A stretch of 63,061 bases of DNA, filler included, from Bipalium vagum (taxonomy: Eukaryota), in NCBI GenBank assembly GCA_037834085.1. It is 3 parts of 3 records of this genome, joined end to end, with 100 filler letters (N's around TTAATTAATTAA, not from the genome) between each part and the next. Parts side by side here need not be neighbours in the genome. Positions count along the whole stretch, not along the records: positions 22,340 to 47,425 come from JBBMKC010197387.1; 2 more parts are not named here. One strand, 5' to 3'. The position numbers were made by a program, and so were the translations under genes. A model generated the notes under the pieces. The model did not search any database. It had not been told where the DNA came from and was given only the letters and a program-made list of their open reading frames with translations. Positions 26,149-39,199 of this stretch are shown piece by piece. Numbering within the stretch: position 1 is the stretch's first letter; the number at the start of each line of letters is the position of its first letter.

Positions 26149-28008
26149 TTTAGTGTATTTTTTAGTGATTTTTCTGAACTAAAAAAAATATATATTTGTC
26201 CCCAATACAATTATTTTTTTTGATTATTTTTTAGTGGTTTTTTTGATATTTATATGACATAAAATGTATTTTATATTTTTTATATTTATATGACACAAAG
26301 TGTACCCTGTTAATCAACACATTTTTTTCGTGAACAAAAAGAAGCCCTGAAGTTTTTATATACATATATATTTTATGCTTTTTTATATTTTATTTTTTAC
26401 TTTTATTTTTTTATATTTTTAGTAATTTTGTATAATTATAATTTTGTTGCCAAAAGTATATTTTTTAACCTATTTTAGGGCTCTTTTTTATTCATGAAAG
26501 AATGGGGGGATAATAAAAAAATATTATATTTTTAAGAGGTAAAATATACTTATTTTAATGTAAAAATATCTTATATAAATATAAATATAAATGTAAAATA
26601 TAAATATCTTAAGTAAAATATCTTATTGTCTTATATGACAAATGCTATATAAAGCTTTTTTGTAAGTGTTTTTTTATCAATTTTTTGTCATATTTTGTAC
26701 ATTTTTAGTTTTCTGTTATGATTATTTTAAAATTTTAAAATATGTTTTCATGTTTTTTCTATTTTTAATGATTTTTGTGATAGTTTTGAAAAATACATAA
26801 AAAATCGTATACCGCCGACTTTTTTCCATTACTTAGATCAAAATGAATAGAATTACAGGAATTATTATGAAATCTTTGTAAAAATAAAATAAAAATATTT
26901 AAACAGAAAAAAGAATTATATATCGATTCTTATGGTAAAAAATATTTTGATGATCAAAATGGATCTGCAAAGCAATAAGAAAATTGCTTATTAATTTGTT
27001 TCTGTAAACATAGTATTAGTAATAATAGTATTTTTATGTAACCGATATAACCAAGAAGATTGAAAATAAATTTTTATTAGTTTTACTTTAATAAAGATTT
27101 TAATGAATGAACAAAATATAACAAAAAATTTAATAAATGAAATTTTAGTTAACCAGTAAGGAAATCTATGAAAATAAAAAATATTTTTTTTTTAAAATCA
27201 AAAGTATGTTGTTATCAACAAACCTAAAATTTAATAATTCACGATACAAATCAATGAGGTATAAAACTTTTTAAAGTCTTAATACTTGGGGTTTTTAATT
27301 TATAAAAGTAAAAATTGCAATTATTAAATTTTATTTGGTGTAGGTTTTATTTTAGTATCCGACAAATGCCACTCTCTGCTTTTGTAAGACTATTTCCCAG
27401 TATAACCCAATAACAACAAACCTTTGGCAAACTCAACATAACGATATTATTATAAGAATTTATTATTATTATAACCACTGAGGCCCCTTGGTTGTCTTTA
27501 TAATTCGAAAGGATGTGCCTTCAGCCAACTCAACATAGTTATTAAAAATAATATTCCAGCCTTAAATATAAAGATAAATTTACTTATAACAGTCAATAAA
27601 AAAATGTTTTTTAATATTTTGTTAATTTTAAGTAATTATTTAAAATTTTAAATTGTACAAAACGAAATTTCTTTGTTTTTCGTTTCTTTTTAAATAGTCT
27701 GATTAGAATATTACTTCACAAAAAGGTTAACTTAAAATATCTAAGTAACATATCAAAGTTTACATATTTTCCTGATTTGTCCTGCATCAAATTTGAATTT
27801 TTTAATGTGCTTTTTATGTCTTAAACTTATAAAAATTGATAGGTGATCAAGCTTTTAAATTAAGATTATTTTTACACATGAATTTAAATATACGCTGTAG
27901 GAATCAAAAATCGGATACAATTTAAATATCCAAATTTAAGATGATTTTGTAAAATGTAATCATTTTGAAATAAATAATGTTAACATGATCTTATTACATT
28001 TATAAAAA

Positions 28009-29431
28009 CAGTATAACCTGCATAAGCAGAACAAAAATGGGACTACAAAAGTTTATTCTGTTTAAGCGAAAAATTCTGTTTAAACGATATAATCATCAAA
28101 ATAAAACACTAATAAAATACTATGTTATTATAATTAAATTTTATTTCAAGTTAAGATATTCCGTAATTTTTCTCTGGATCAATTTTTTCTTGAAAATTCT
28201 ATCTCTGAGATTATTCTCAACGTTAAGTAAGTTGATATAAATAACTTCATTGTAATTTTCTGTAAAATAGTATTCCTTAAGTATTTTTAAAGCTTCTAAT
28301 ACATGCCCAATTTCAATTTCATTTTTTTTATCCAATGGTTTTAATACATTAATTTCGGATGAACCATGAATATTCTCAGTTTCTTCCAAAAACCCCTACT
28401 ACTTCCAAACCATTATCAATAACTAAGTAATCCTCTAAATCTCGTCTTGATTCAAAAAATTCGGCTAAAACAGTAGATACATCTTTAATTTTGTTCTCAA
28501 TTAAAGCATTTACATCTTCAGAAGTCTCAGGAATGTTTACTTGTTGCTCGGTTTTAAATATTTTCCAATAATGATAGGAGGCTTCTTTTCACCAGTAATA
28601 TTAGCACAAAGAAAAACTCTTAACCTTTCTTTTGATATTTTACCACCTCTGCATCTGTCTCCTTTAATTCTCATAGTTTTTTTAGGTAACATTTTAAAGA
28701 AAAGACCAGTCTCACCCCCATTAAAGATATTTCGATTTTTATATTCCAATCTTAGTTGAGGCCATTGATCAGTTAACCAATTTTTAACAACCAACTGATC
28801 CACTACTTTAGATTCACCAGATACAATACCATATGTAATTGAATGACGGTTTTTAAAACGTTCAATCCAACTTAAGTTACAATTGAAATCTTTAATTTTC
28901 AATCTTTCGGAGAATTGAGCCGCTTTTTCAAGAAGTATTTGTGAAGAAATTGGAACATTGCTCATTCTTTGAAATTTAAACCAGTTCAGTAATTCGGAAT
29001 CAATGCTTTCAAAAGGGGTATTTTTAACTTTCTGGGTGTTTAATGGTCGAGTTTAAATAACATCACAAATTCTTTCTCTCTTATTTTTTATTGATGAAAC
29101 TATAGAAAGGTAGAGATCATACTTTCTTGCTACATCAGCTTGCTTAACACCCGCATCCAACAGACAAGAAATTTCATATTTCTCTATAAGAGTTAAAGTT
29201 TCCTTTTTCCATTATTTGTAATTCTAAAAGAGATTTAAAAAGGAAAGAAAAACAAATTAAAAAAAATTAAACATAAACAAAATCAAAATTATTAGAATTT
29301 AAAAATTAAAAATCTTAAACTAAAATTTATTCTGTTTAAACATAATCGCTTAAACAAAACAAAAAGTAATAATAAAGATAGGAAGGCGAAAATATGGGAC
29401 TGAGATTTGTTCTGTTTAGCAGGTTATACTG
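28009..29431 (-). mobile_element. pogo/Tigger DNA transposon, internally deleted
   Basis: TIRs CAGTATAACCTGC..CAGAACAAA at both ends, right TA intact. CENP-B HTH (VPISSQILLEKA, SWIERFKNRH), IFNGGETGLFFKMLP (catalytic D lost), GGKISKERL, PPIIIGK and QRKITEYL tail; most of DDE_1 deleted. Confidence 0.92.
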
Positions 29432-29565
29432 TATATGATTTAACATATTACAAAATAGTACTGTTTTAATACTTTTTAAAATGCATGCTAGTGGCATTTG
29501 GAAGACGGATTTGGTGCTTAATGTCACTTGTGATCAACATATATAATATTATTCAAATTCCCTTT

Positions 29566-30226
29566 TGTTAAGGTTCGACTCCTATCTTAAAAGTTTCTGT
29601 AAATAAAATTTTGGCAAAAAATAAAATTTAAATAATACGCTGGCTGATTTAAAATTAAGTATTTTAATTATTAATTTAAAATTAATTAAATAAAATTTAA
29701 AAAATACATTTTAAATATTATTTTAGAATCAAATACTGATTTTTAATCAGCAGCATGGATTTCTAAAATTCTAATTTTCAAAAAATTGTAGAAATGTATT
29801 TTATATTTAGTAATAATTAAATTTAGAAAGTACGTCATGGTTGACAGCTTAACTGGTCAATCAGAGACGCTAAAACAAACAGTAAAATAGTATATAAGCC
29901 GGCTAAAATTCATTATTTTTCGCCCAGAAAATTACCAAGAATAAAAGGTAATTCTTCATGTTGGTAGTTTTATTTTGCTGACCAGGATCTTTGCTGGCAC
30001 AGCTTTTTAATTAAGGAGTGTGTTGTTTTTAGACTATCCGAGTAGTTTGTTGATTTAGTGTGACTGCCGAGAGTTGCAGTTTGTTTGTGGTAATTCAAAG
30101 GATCTTACCCTCATTTAATTTTAAAAAGTTTTAGAGTTTTTGTTATAAAGTGAGATAACGAGCTATTTAGATAGACCCACAGTAACCTCAACGTAGGTCA
30201 GGTGAGCTAAATAAGTTGCGCCAACA
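29566..30226 (+). mobile_element. Solo LTR (Ty3/gypsy-type), copy A, TSD CTTT
   Basis: TGTTAAGG...GCGCCAACA; CTTT at 29562-29565 and 30227-30230; TATATAAG at ~29891 and AATAAA at ~29940; near-identical inverted copy at 31741-32348. Confidence 0.85.
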
Positions 30227-31029
30227 CTTTTAAATGAGATATTCAAACATTTATACAATTATTAATGATTGCTTCCTTTCTGTGGGGAATTGTTTCAGAA
30301 TTTTGTATATTTAAAATTGTTTTCAATTTGAGAAATTAATCCATTTTTTACAGAATTTTATTAATTCTTAAATTGCAAGATGTTTTCCAAAAAATCACAA
30401 TAAAAGTACATATTATTCAAATTACTGAAGTTTACAGTCTAATACCAATATTATTCTTCGCAAACCACAATAAACTAATAATAAATATATTTCGTAAGTC
30501 TGTATTCATTCACGAGAGATATCTTTGAAATTGAAATATTTTTTTATTTTGTAGTCTCACTAGCTACAGTCATTAAAAAGCAATTTATTTAATTTATTCC
30601 GGAAGAATATTGAGTTCAAAAACCTCAGTGAACTAAATCAAAGTAATCATTAGACCATGAAGGATAATTATCATCTACCAGACAAACAATTAAAATATTT
30701 TGCAATTTCCATATCGTTCATAAAACGAGCAATTAAAACATTTTCTAAAGAATTTATAAAAAAGAACCCATGAGTATCATATCTTGAACTATTACAATTG
30801 ATTACGATTTTATTTTTCAATTTGAAAAATTTCTTTTTCAAAAGTTGAATATATTAATTTGCAGGTTGCACAAGAAATAAATAAAGTACCACTATTTTCC
30901 CAAAGTAAGGTGAGTTCTAAGTGGGAATATCAGAAAAATGTTGGAGTACCAAAAACTGTTATATTGCCACAACATTTATTTATATTTTTGCCGAATTTAA
31001 TTTTGATATGTTAAATAACAAATAATGAC

Positions 31030-31690
31030 AGTTAACATCAATTAATTGAGCAAATTTGTAAAATGTATTTTACACAGCAAAGAAGTTGCATTAAATTTTC
31101 TTTAAAAAATAAGATCAATGCCACCAAAACTTTTCAAATGATGCAGACAGCATTTTTTTGATGTTGCAAAAGAGATGCTGGAGCAAGTAGGATATGACTA
31201 AACATTCAGCAAGCAAATTATTAATGGTGACGGTTTACCAGTTTGATATGCACAGTTCATTGAATGCAAACTCCGATTGAACCAAGACTTAACAGAATTC
31301 GAAAAACGCATCAAAAATCAAGACTCTGTTAACAGTTTTATGGAGTATCGTGGTGTAGTTCATCATGAATTTCTTGCAGAAGGTTGTACTGTAATAAAGA
31401 TATTATTTACAAATTATACATCACTTAGGTCAAGCAATTCGTCAAAAAGACTAGATTTTACATCACGTCAATACTTCTTCTCATAATGTAATTATTATCC
31501 GTGAGGTTTTAGCCAAAAATTCAACAAATGTTATTTTTGCGCCATATTCTTAAGATATGTCATCTTACAACTTTTTCCTGTTCAATCGATTAAAGAAATC
31601 ACTTCGAGGGACCAGCTTTATTTGGTTTAATAAATAAAACAAAAATCCAATGACGAACTTATGAACATTCCGTAAAGTGATTTTAATTGA
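31030..31690 (+). mobile_element. mariner transposase remnant
   Basis: QIINGD, FMEYRGVVHHEFLAEGCTV, APYS*DMSSYNFFLFNRLKKSLRG. Confidence 0.75.
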
Positions 31691-31740
31691 AATAGTATAA
31701 AAAATAATTTTTATAATATTAATTTTTACTAGCACAATTA

Positions 31741-32348
31741 TATTGAAGTAACTCTTAACTACCTCACCTAACCTACCCTGAGGTTGCTGTGGGTCTATCT
31801 AAATAGCTCGTTATCTCACCTTATAACAAAAACTCCAAAACTTTTGAAAATTAAGATCCTTTTAATTATCACAAACAAACCGCAACAATCGGCAGTCACA
31901 CTAAATCAACAAACTGCTCAGTCAGTCAAAAACAACACACTCCTTAATTAAAAAGCTGTGCCAGCAAAGATCCTGGTCAGCAAAATAAAACTACCAACAT
32001 GAAGAATTACCTTTTATTCTTGGTAATTTTCTGGGCGAAAAATAATGAATTTTAGTCGGCTTATATACTATTTTACTGTTCGTTTAATTGTCTGATTGAC
32101 CAGTTAAGCTGTCAATCATGACGTACTTTCTAAATTTAATTATTACTGAAGATAAAATACATTTCTAAAATTTTAGAAATACATGATACTGACTAAAAAT
32201 CAGTAGTTGATACTAAAATAATATTTAAAATTTATTTAATTAATGTTAAATTAATAATTAATAATTAAAATATTTAATTTTAAATTAGCCAGCGTATTAT
32301 TTAAATTTTATTTACAGAAACTTATAAGATAGGAAATGAACCTCAACA
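31741..32348 (-). mobile_element. Solo LTR, copy B (inverted relative to copy A), TSD ATTA
   Basis: Reverse complement aligns along copy A; ATTA at 31737-31740 and 32349-32352. Confidence 0.85.
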
Positions 32349-32712
32349 ATTATAAATAATCATTTTTTATTTGTAATGATTATAATGATAATAATTACAA
32401 TATATTATTATTTTATCAATATTAAATAAATATTAAATAATAACTGAAACAATTTCCATTGTTCTTATAACTTATTTTTAAAAAATATTAATGAGAATAA
32501 ATCAAATGAATTATTGATTAAAATTATTATTAATTATACATTAGAAAATTATCAATTTCTTATTTGATAGAACTTATCTCTAAATCAATGAATAATTATA
32601 GGAGACACATCAACACATAATTTACTCAAAAGTTAATAAGACTTTCAATAAAATTATATATATTCTATAATATAAAAATCAAAGTGTATATTGAATCAAA
32701 TTATATCTTTCA

Positions 32713-33587
32713 TTATTTATTGTTTTCGTATTTTTCAGCAAATGGCGAATGTCGTGATAAAAATGTCTTTTTCTTAGACAGATTGAAGCTGTCAACGAAT
32801 GCAGTTACTTCTTTAACATTTTGAAGTAGTATATTAGAAATAATTAGGAAAAACCTTCCACTGTAATTTAATGGTTTCTCGATTCTAATGGATGGGTTTT
32901 GATACACTTCATTTTTAGCCGGAATTATTCGGTTTACCAAAGCACAAAAAGTTAAAAACATAAAAAAGACCATAGGAAGCATGACAATATTTTCAAGTTT
33001 CTATAAGATAACATGATGATTTGGAAAAACTAGAATTTTAATGAGACAGAAGACTTTACATAATAATCTCAGTGAACGTACTGAATTGTGTGCTCGTATA
33101 CTTAAGATATTAAAGATCCATGTTTTCGAAAAATGAATTGACAAAAAATAATTGACACTGAATCGAATTATAGAATTAAATAAAAATTAATTGAACATCA
33201 AATAAAAACTCTGAAAAGATGCACTTCTTTGAATCGAATATATATACAAAGTTTATGGATTTTAAAATGCTCTAACTAATAAAATCAAAATAAATTTCAC
33301 AAATACTTTAGCTTCGAATACATGGAAGAATATTCGAATTTCACATGACGCTTAATTAAAAGGAAACTAAAATTTAGTTTTATTGCATAAATATTAAACT
33401 ACATCCAAAGATCTAACAGAAAAATAATATTCGATTTGAAAAAGTTAAAATATTTGGTGTTATATTTATTCAAAATTTTAAATATTCGAATCTTAATATC
33501 TCTTAAACAAAGATAGATATAAAACATCTGTTGAAATGTTATTATATTATTAATAGAAACCTGACAAGGCTCGTTCGAATGAGACAT
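32713..33587 (-). CDS. Candidate small multi-exon host gene of unknown function (hydrophobic segment near C-terminal exon)
   Basis: Several short GT...AG intron-like segments on the minus strand; ORF 32713-32982 has the hydrophobic stretch MLPMVFFMFLTFCALV preceded by an in-frame TAG acceptor; no recognisable homology, exon structure unresolved. Confidence 0.25.
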
Positions 33588-33859
33588 GTTTTATTTTTGT
33601 CGAATAATTATTCTTTGCCTAATTAAAACAATAAATGCAAAATACATTTTATTATTTATTATTAACTGTAAGAAAAATATTTTTGTAAAAGTAATTAAAA
33701 TAACTGATCAAAAATTAAAAAATATCATTGATGCAGGACAATAAAAATGCATAACTTTTAATTGTAAACAATATTACTTAAGTCAAAATATAATTAATGA
33801 AAAGTTAAAAAGAAGAAAAAAAGGAAGGCAGAGTTGTACCAGTTATACCAATCTAGAAA

Positions 33860-34825
33860 TAAAATGAAAATTGTAAAACAAAGAAATTTTCTATATTTTG
33901 ATCCATATGAAAAAAGCAATATTAAAATTTTAAATAATAATGTATACACAAATTATGAAATCTAGTTTACTGTTAGAATTTTTATGTAAATATGGAATTA
34001 ATACAACTAGGAATTGTGATTTAATATGTATTGCTGAAGATTTAGAAATGCTTTTAAACGTTTTTGTGAAAGATGATTTTAATAAAATAGAAAAAATCTT
34101 AAAAACCTGATAAAACTGGAGGCAAAAAAATTATCACTTAAAAGTGTGTTTACAACCATGGTACACTTTGTGTCACACATGAAATATTTTTTTTCAGAAT
34201 TATGAAAACACTACATATATATATATATATATATAAAGTTTTTTGACACACCTATGATTTATAAATCTAAGAAACTTATGTTCAAAATATTATTAAAGTT
34301 GATTACTAAGCGAGTCAAAAAATATGTCTTTTAAATAAATTCAAAATTTACTAAATGACTATATTACATGAAAAAGTAATATTTATTTTAAAAATTTTAG
34401 GATATTTTAAATAAGCATTTATATCCATACAAAATAAATTATAAAATTATTTTGATTAAACATCGTATATAAAATATAAGGTGTGTCAAAATAATTAACC
34501 ATTAGTATATGTACCAAAAATATGAAACTTAAAAATCAAATGTTTTCTTTAAAAATTGGTAATGAGAGAAACATACTTTTGTCATTTTTGTAAAAATAAA
34601 CTTCAAAACAGAATAAAAACAAGCATGAAAACAGTAAGAAACGTAAATTTAAAAGAATGAATAAAAGTATGAATGAAAATAAATGTCTAAATATTCAAGA
34701 AAAATATCCAATTTTTTTCCAAAAGTTGGTGATGATATTCAACAAACAATAACCAACAAGAAATTTTTAAATAAATTTACGACAGGAAAATATTCAGGAG
34801 AATTTCATTGAAAATCTTTAAATAA
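33860..34825 (+). mobile_element. Second, diverged fragment of the same Maverick lineage
   Basis: 34562-34823 reads YFCHFC...NIQEKYP..GDDIQQTITNKKFLNKFTTGKYSGEFH*KSLN, homologous to 26148-25800 (minus); shared upstream 16-mer GGTACACTTTGTGTCA. Confidence 0.75.
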
Positions 34826-35442
34826 TATGTTAAATTAAAATTAATTTTTATTATTTTCCTTTTCATAGACAACTCTTGAGCATTTATACATGACTTTTCT
34901 CCGCCATTTTATTGGAAATACTTATCGAATTAAAAATAGGTTGACTATAAACATTATTTAGCAGACTGTCCTAAGATTGTTTGACACTTCCTTGAGCCCT
35001 TTATCTGCCCATGTTAAATTTCCCTTCCAGATAAGAAACATGATGTGATATTATTAATATAATATATTATAATGGAAATAATCCAATATTTTATTGTAAG
35101 TTTCAAATACCGTTTAATATCCCATATTGAACACAATAATATCTTCCAGAATATTGAAAAGACTCAAAATATGAACTTTCAACAATTATTTCATTACAGC
35201 GAGTTTCTCAAATGATTTTTTCTAAGCAGTAAATTTATTTCGATTGAACAAAAAAAATACTGATTACGTAGTATTATATTTACTTAAATTTTTCTTATAT
35301 TTATCATCAGAATATTAATAAATTTAAATTAAAATAGATAAATTAATTAATTAAAATAAATTTAAATTATTTAATGTATTATAATAATACATGAAAAGTG
35401 TTCCAATTTCCATTATATATTCAACTTTTCAATTTAGGAATA

Positions 35443-35860
35443 CAGGTAAACATTTAATTAACGAACCCTTTATTTAACGAATCACTGCTTAATAACGAAA
35501 GAATTTTAATACTCCAATTTAGTCAATTTAGAAATTTCCTGCAATTAACGAACCATGTCTAAACGAACGAACAAAAAAGTTTTCGCATATTTTCTATAAA
35601 ATATTTAGATTTCAAGTATACGAACACGTGAGAATATTTTTTTAAATATTCGATTTTTACAAATAATATCGGTTTTAAAATTAATCAATTTGTCAGTTTT
35701 AAAAATAAAAAATTTTATTCTTAGAAAATAATGAATAGCAACAAGTCTTTAAAAAGAAGAAATTATTCAATAGAAGACAAGAATAAAGTTATTGAATTTA
35801 AAAATAGCAATATTTTTATCGCTAATTGAGTAGAAATTTTTATATGCCTCTTGGTGTCCT
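35443..35860 (+). mobile_element. pogo/Tigger 5' end fragment
   Basis: TA-CAGGTAAA start with repeated TAACGAA subterminal motifs; ORF start MNSNKSLKRRNYSIEDKNKVIE (psq-type HTH). Confidence 0.6.
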
Positions 35861-35939
35861 ATCTGACACTCCAAAAAAAGGGATTAATAATAGGCATCTA
35901 AAAGCATTAGAGAAATTCAAGTCTTAGCAGAAGCTCTGC

Positions 35940-38085
35940 GATATAAAAAGGCTCAGAAGATGCTGAGACATTCAGTAAGAAGATAGAAAGGATGGTGAAA
36001 AGAATCCTATCACATTATTTGAACGAAGAAGGAGAGAAGAGGAGAATAACCGACAAAGTATAGAATGTTGGTCATGCAATCAAAGAGGACACATCAGCAG
36101 AGTATGCCCGATGAGGAAAACCAAAAGATGTTACGCCTGTGGCAGGGAAGGACACATTAGAAGATTCTTTACGGAAGTTCATTGTGGAAGATCCAACCGA
36201 AATGGCCATATAGAGGAAGACTGTTATATAAAAATAGGAGGAGACACAATAAATGTTAAGCCATGGAGGCAGCCTATGCATCTTAAAGACAAGATTAATG
36301 AAGCGAAGATTTATATATCAATGACATCATACTGATGTTATACACCCCTGATATGCGTGTGGAAGAAAGTAAAGAAAGATATTGACGTTGTCTATATTTT
36401 CGACAACTAAACCTAGAAACGGAAAGACAGGCCTTCTCCATGCCGAATATAGATGATATGTTGGACAAACTTAATAAAACCGTTTATTTTAGCTCTATCG
36501 ACCTCAGATAGTCTTACTACCAGATAGAATTGGATGGAGATTCGAAGCAGAAGACAGCATTCTCGAAGAAATCAGTACAGTTTTATTTCAATCGCTGCAG
36601 TACCATGTACATTCCAAGAATTGATGACCAAAATCCTGGGAGACATAAGAGGAGCTGTCGTGTATCTAGATGACATTCTAATACAGTCAGAAGGCCTAGA
36701 AGAACACTACGAACGCTTAAATGAAGTGCTGATGAGAATCGAATCAGCAGGAATACAAATAAATCCAGAAAAATGCTCATTTATACAGAAAGAAATAAAA
36801 TTTTTGGGGCATATTATCAGCAATTAAAGTATGAGAGCCTAAAAAACCTATCACTCTACAGTTCCAGAATTGGATAAATTATTTAAGCGGCTTAGATATG
36901 AAACTAGAATACCGACAGGGAACCAGTCATCTGAATGTAGACGCTATGTCAAGGATAAAATGTAGAATGGGTTAGCATTGCCAAATAATGCACGAAGAAG
37001 CAAAGACCGAAAAAATACAGACACGGTTACTGATAATAACGAGAAACGAAGATCATAAATGACGGAAATGAAATTACACAAATAAAGAAAAGAGTTGCAA
37101 AAGAATAAGAGGCAAGATTTATCGTAATTAATAACGTCGTTTGCACTAGGAACGGACGAATATGGATACCAAGGGATGTGAAGAAATGATCGAAGAGACA
37201 CATAAACAACTATGTCATGCTGCAATAAAAAAGACGTTGAGATATCTACAAGGCAGATGCGAAATGGACGAGATGAGTACCAGAGTAAGGACATATGTAC
37301 AGAGTTGCGGATTGTGTCAAAGAACCAAACCAGTGACGACAACCATAAAAGAAGAAACAATAAGACTATATGCAAAGAAACAATTCGAGAAGATATTAGT
37401 CGACATATGTGGACCACTGAAAGAAACGCGGTGTCGGAAGAAGTACATATTATTGATCAATTTAGCAAAACATCTCTCTAGCAGCTGTGATCAGACAGGA
37501 TGAGGATACAATTTGGTATATAATTAGAGATAAATAGGTACTACGTTTCGAAATGCCAAAAGATATCCACGTGGATTGTGGCAGATCATTGGAATCAATA
37601 AAGATCAAGAACTCGCTCCTGGAGGCCGAAATTGGAATCTTAATGTCCAGACCGTATCACTACCAAATCAATGGAGTAATAGAAAGAAAATTTTGACAGT
37701 TCGTGAATTCTTTAATTCAACAATGAAAGAAAGGAAACTAACCGATTGGGCTAGTATTCTCCTCGAAGTAGAGTTTGTATTAAATACTATGGTGCAGAAG
37801 ACAATCAGAGTCAGTCCAGCCGAGATCGTGTTTGGAAGAAGAATCAATAGAGACAGATGGATCGGAGTAGCAGAGACAGAAGAGACTACTGGAATCGAAA
37901 GAAGTCATGGGAGAACAAGAAGAAAATTTGCCACCAATGACGATGTCATGGTCAAGATCGAAAGTAGAACAAAGGACAGTGACAGATTCGAAGGTCTATT
38001 CCAAGTCCTAGGAAAGATACACAATCTGAGATACGAACTCCGAAATCAAAAAGGAAAAGTAATTCAAAGAAATTCAGATAAATGA
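35940..38085 (+). mobile_element. Ty3/gypsy LTR retrotransposon internal relic (gag-RT-integrase, with deletions)
   Basis: Zinc knuckles CWSCNQRGHISRVC and CYACGREGH; RT MPNIDDMLDKL, FSSIDL, VVYLDDILI, INPEKC, FLGHII; integrase HKQLCH..CGLC, VDICGPL, SPAEIVFGR, DRFEG. Confidence 0.93.
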
Positions 38086-39199
38086 GCATTAAAAATTTTT
38101 AAAGGTAATATATTTAAACAATTGATTAATATTTTAATTACTCTAAAACCTGAAATAATGCCTCGCGGCTTTAATTTTTTCAGTTTTGAAAAAGACCACG
38201 AGGCTTTATTAAAGGGATGGGCTTGAAAGGAGGAGGCGTTATTTCAGTTTTAGAATAATTAATTTAATTTCAAAAATTGAATTTCATAATTGTGAATTTA
38301 ACTAGATTAATAATATTTTTTTTACAAAAAATTATTCGTTCAGCTTTTAATGGTTCATTTGATAAGTCATTAAAAGAATTTATCTAAACTCACTTCATAT
38401 TTCAATACGTTTAATCTGATATATTCAATACTTTTATCAAAATTATGTCTACTTATGTCTAAAATATTATAACTTAGATATAAAGAAATTTATTTCTTTT
38501 TTAAAAACTATGGGAAATTCAAGAGGACTTAAACTTAAAAATAATTTTGTATCTTTAAGTGTTCCTATTTCTTCAAATAATTAGAACTTTAAAGATTTGA
38601 GAATTTTTAAAATATTTTTCAATAATAACAACATATTTCCTTCCATTCTGCTTTAAATATTTTTCTTTTTTCACCATAATTTTTTAAAAGTTAAACATTC
38701 TAAAATTCAAACTTTGTTAGCCAATAGTTTTTTGCAACAAATCTGATTATCTTTGCTTATTTTCAAAGTTATACCTAATTGATTTTCTGAAATATTTTTA
38801 AAATAATAACAAAAGAAAATCTTGAAAAAATCATTGTTTGATTAAATATTTATATTCTCTTTTTTCTGGAGTACGAGTTAATTCAGCTGACCAAATATCA
38901 TCTTTTTAAAAAAAAATTCGACAATTAAAATGTTTAATTTTTATAAATTCTTTTACTAAAGTTCCATTTTATTTTGGGAAACATTCTTTAGTTTTCAGTA
39001 CTAAGATTTTATAAAGCCTTGAAACCAAAAGGTATTTTACTAAAATTGATAACCTCTTTTTATCACCATTTAAATCAATAAAATATCTGTGATTAATTTA
39101 ATATAAATTTGATCGTAACAATACTTTAATTAGTAAAAACAAATTTTATTAATGTAAAAATCAATTAATTCAAATTACATGATCAAGATCTAATAGATA

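Larger units (their letters stand above)
22655..27150 (-). mobile_element. Decayed Maverick/Polinton (adintovirus-like) segment
   Basis: Compact, intronless, co-oriented pseudo-ORFs: Polinton-type integrase, parvovirus-like PLA2 domain, membrane-hairpin protein and coiled-coil protein. pPolB, capsid, ATPase and TIRs are not seen. Confidence 0.85.

Noticed and set aside
29566-32348. Single foldback/long-TIR transposon enclosing a mariner-like gene
   Set aside because: Each arm has its own LTR-like termini and own 4-bp TSD (CTTT vs ATTA); the outer flanks share no TSD, so these are two solo LTRs
36944-37417. 157-aa hydrophobic minus-strand ORF and similar antisense ORFs (523-741, 8610-8816, 45570-45860, 57239-57790)
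   Set aside because: Antisense shadows of purine-rich TE or MARS2 coding sequence
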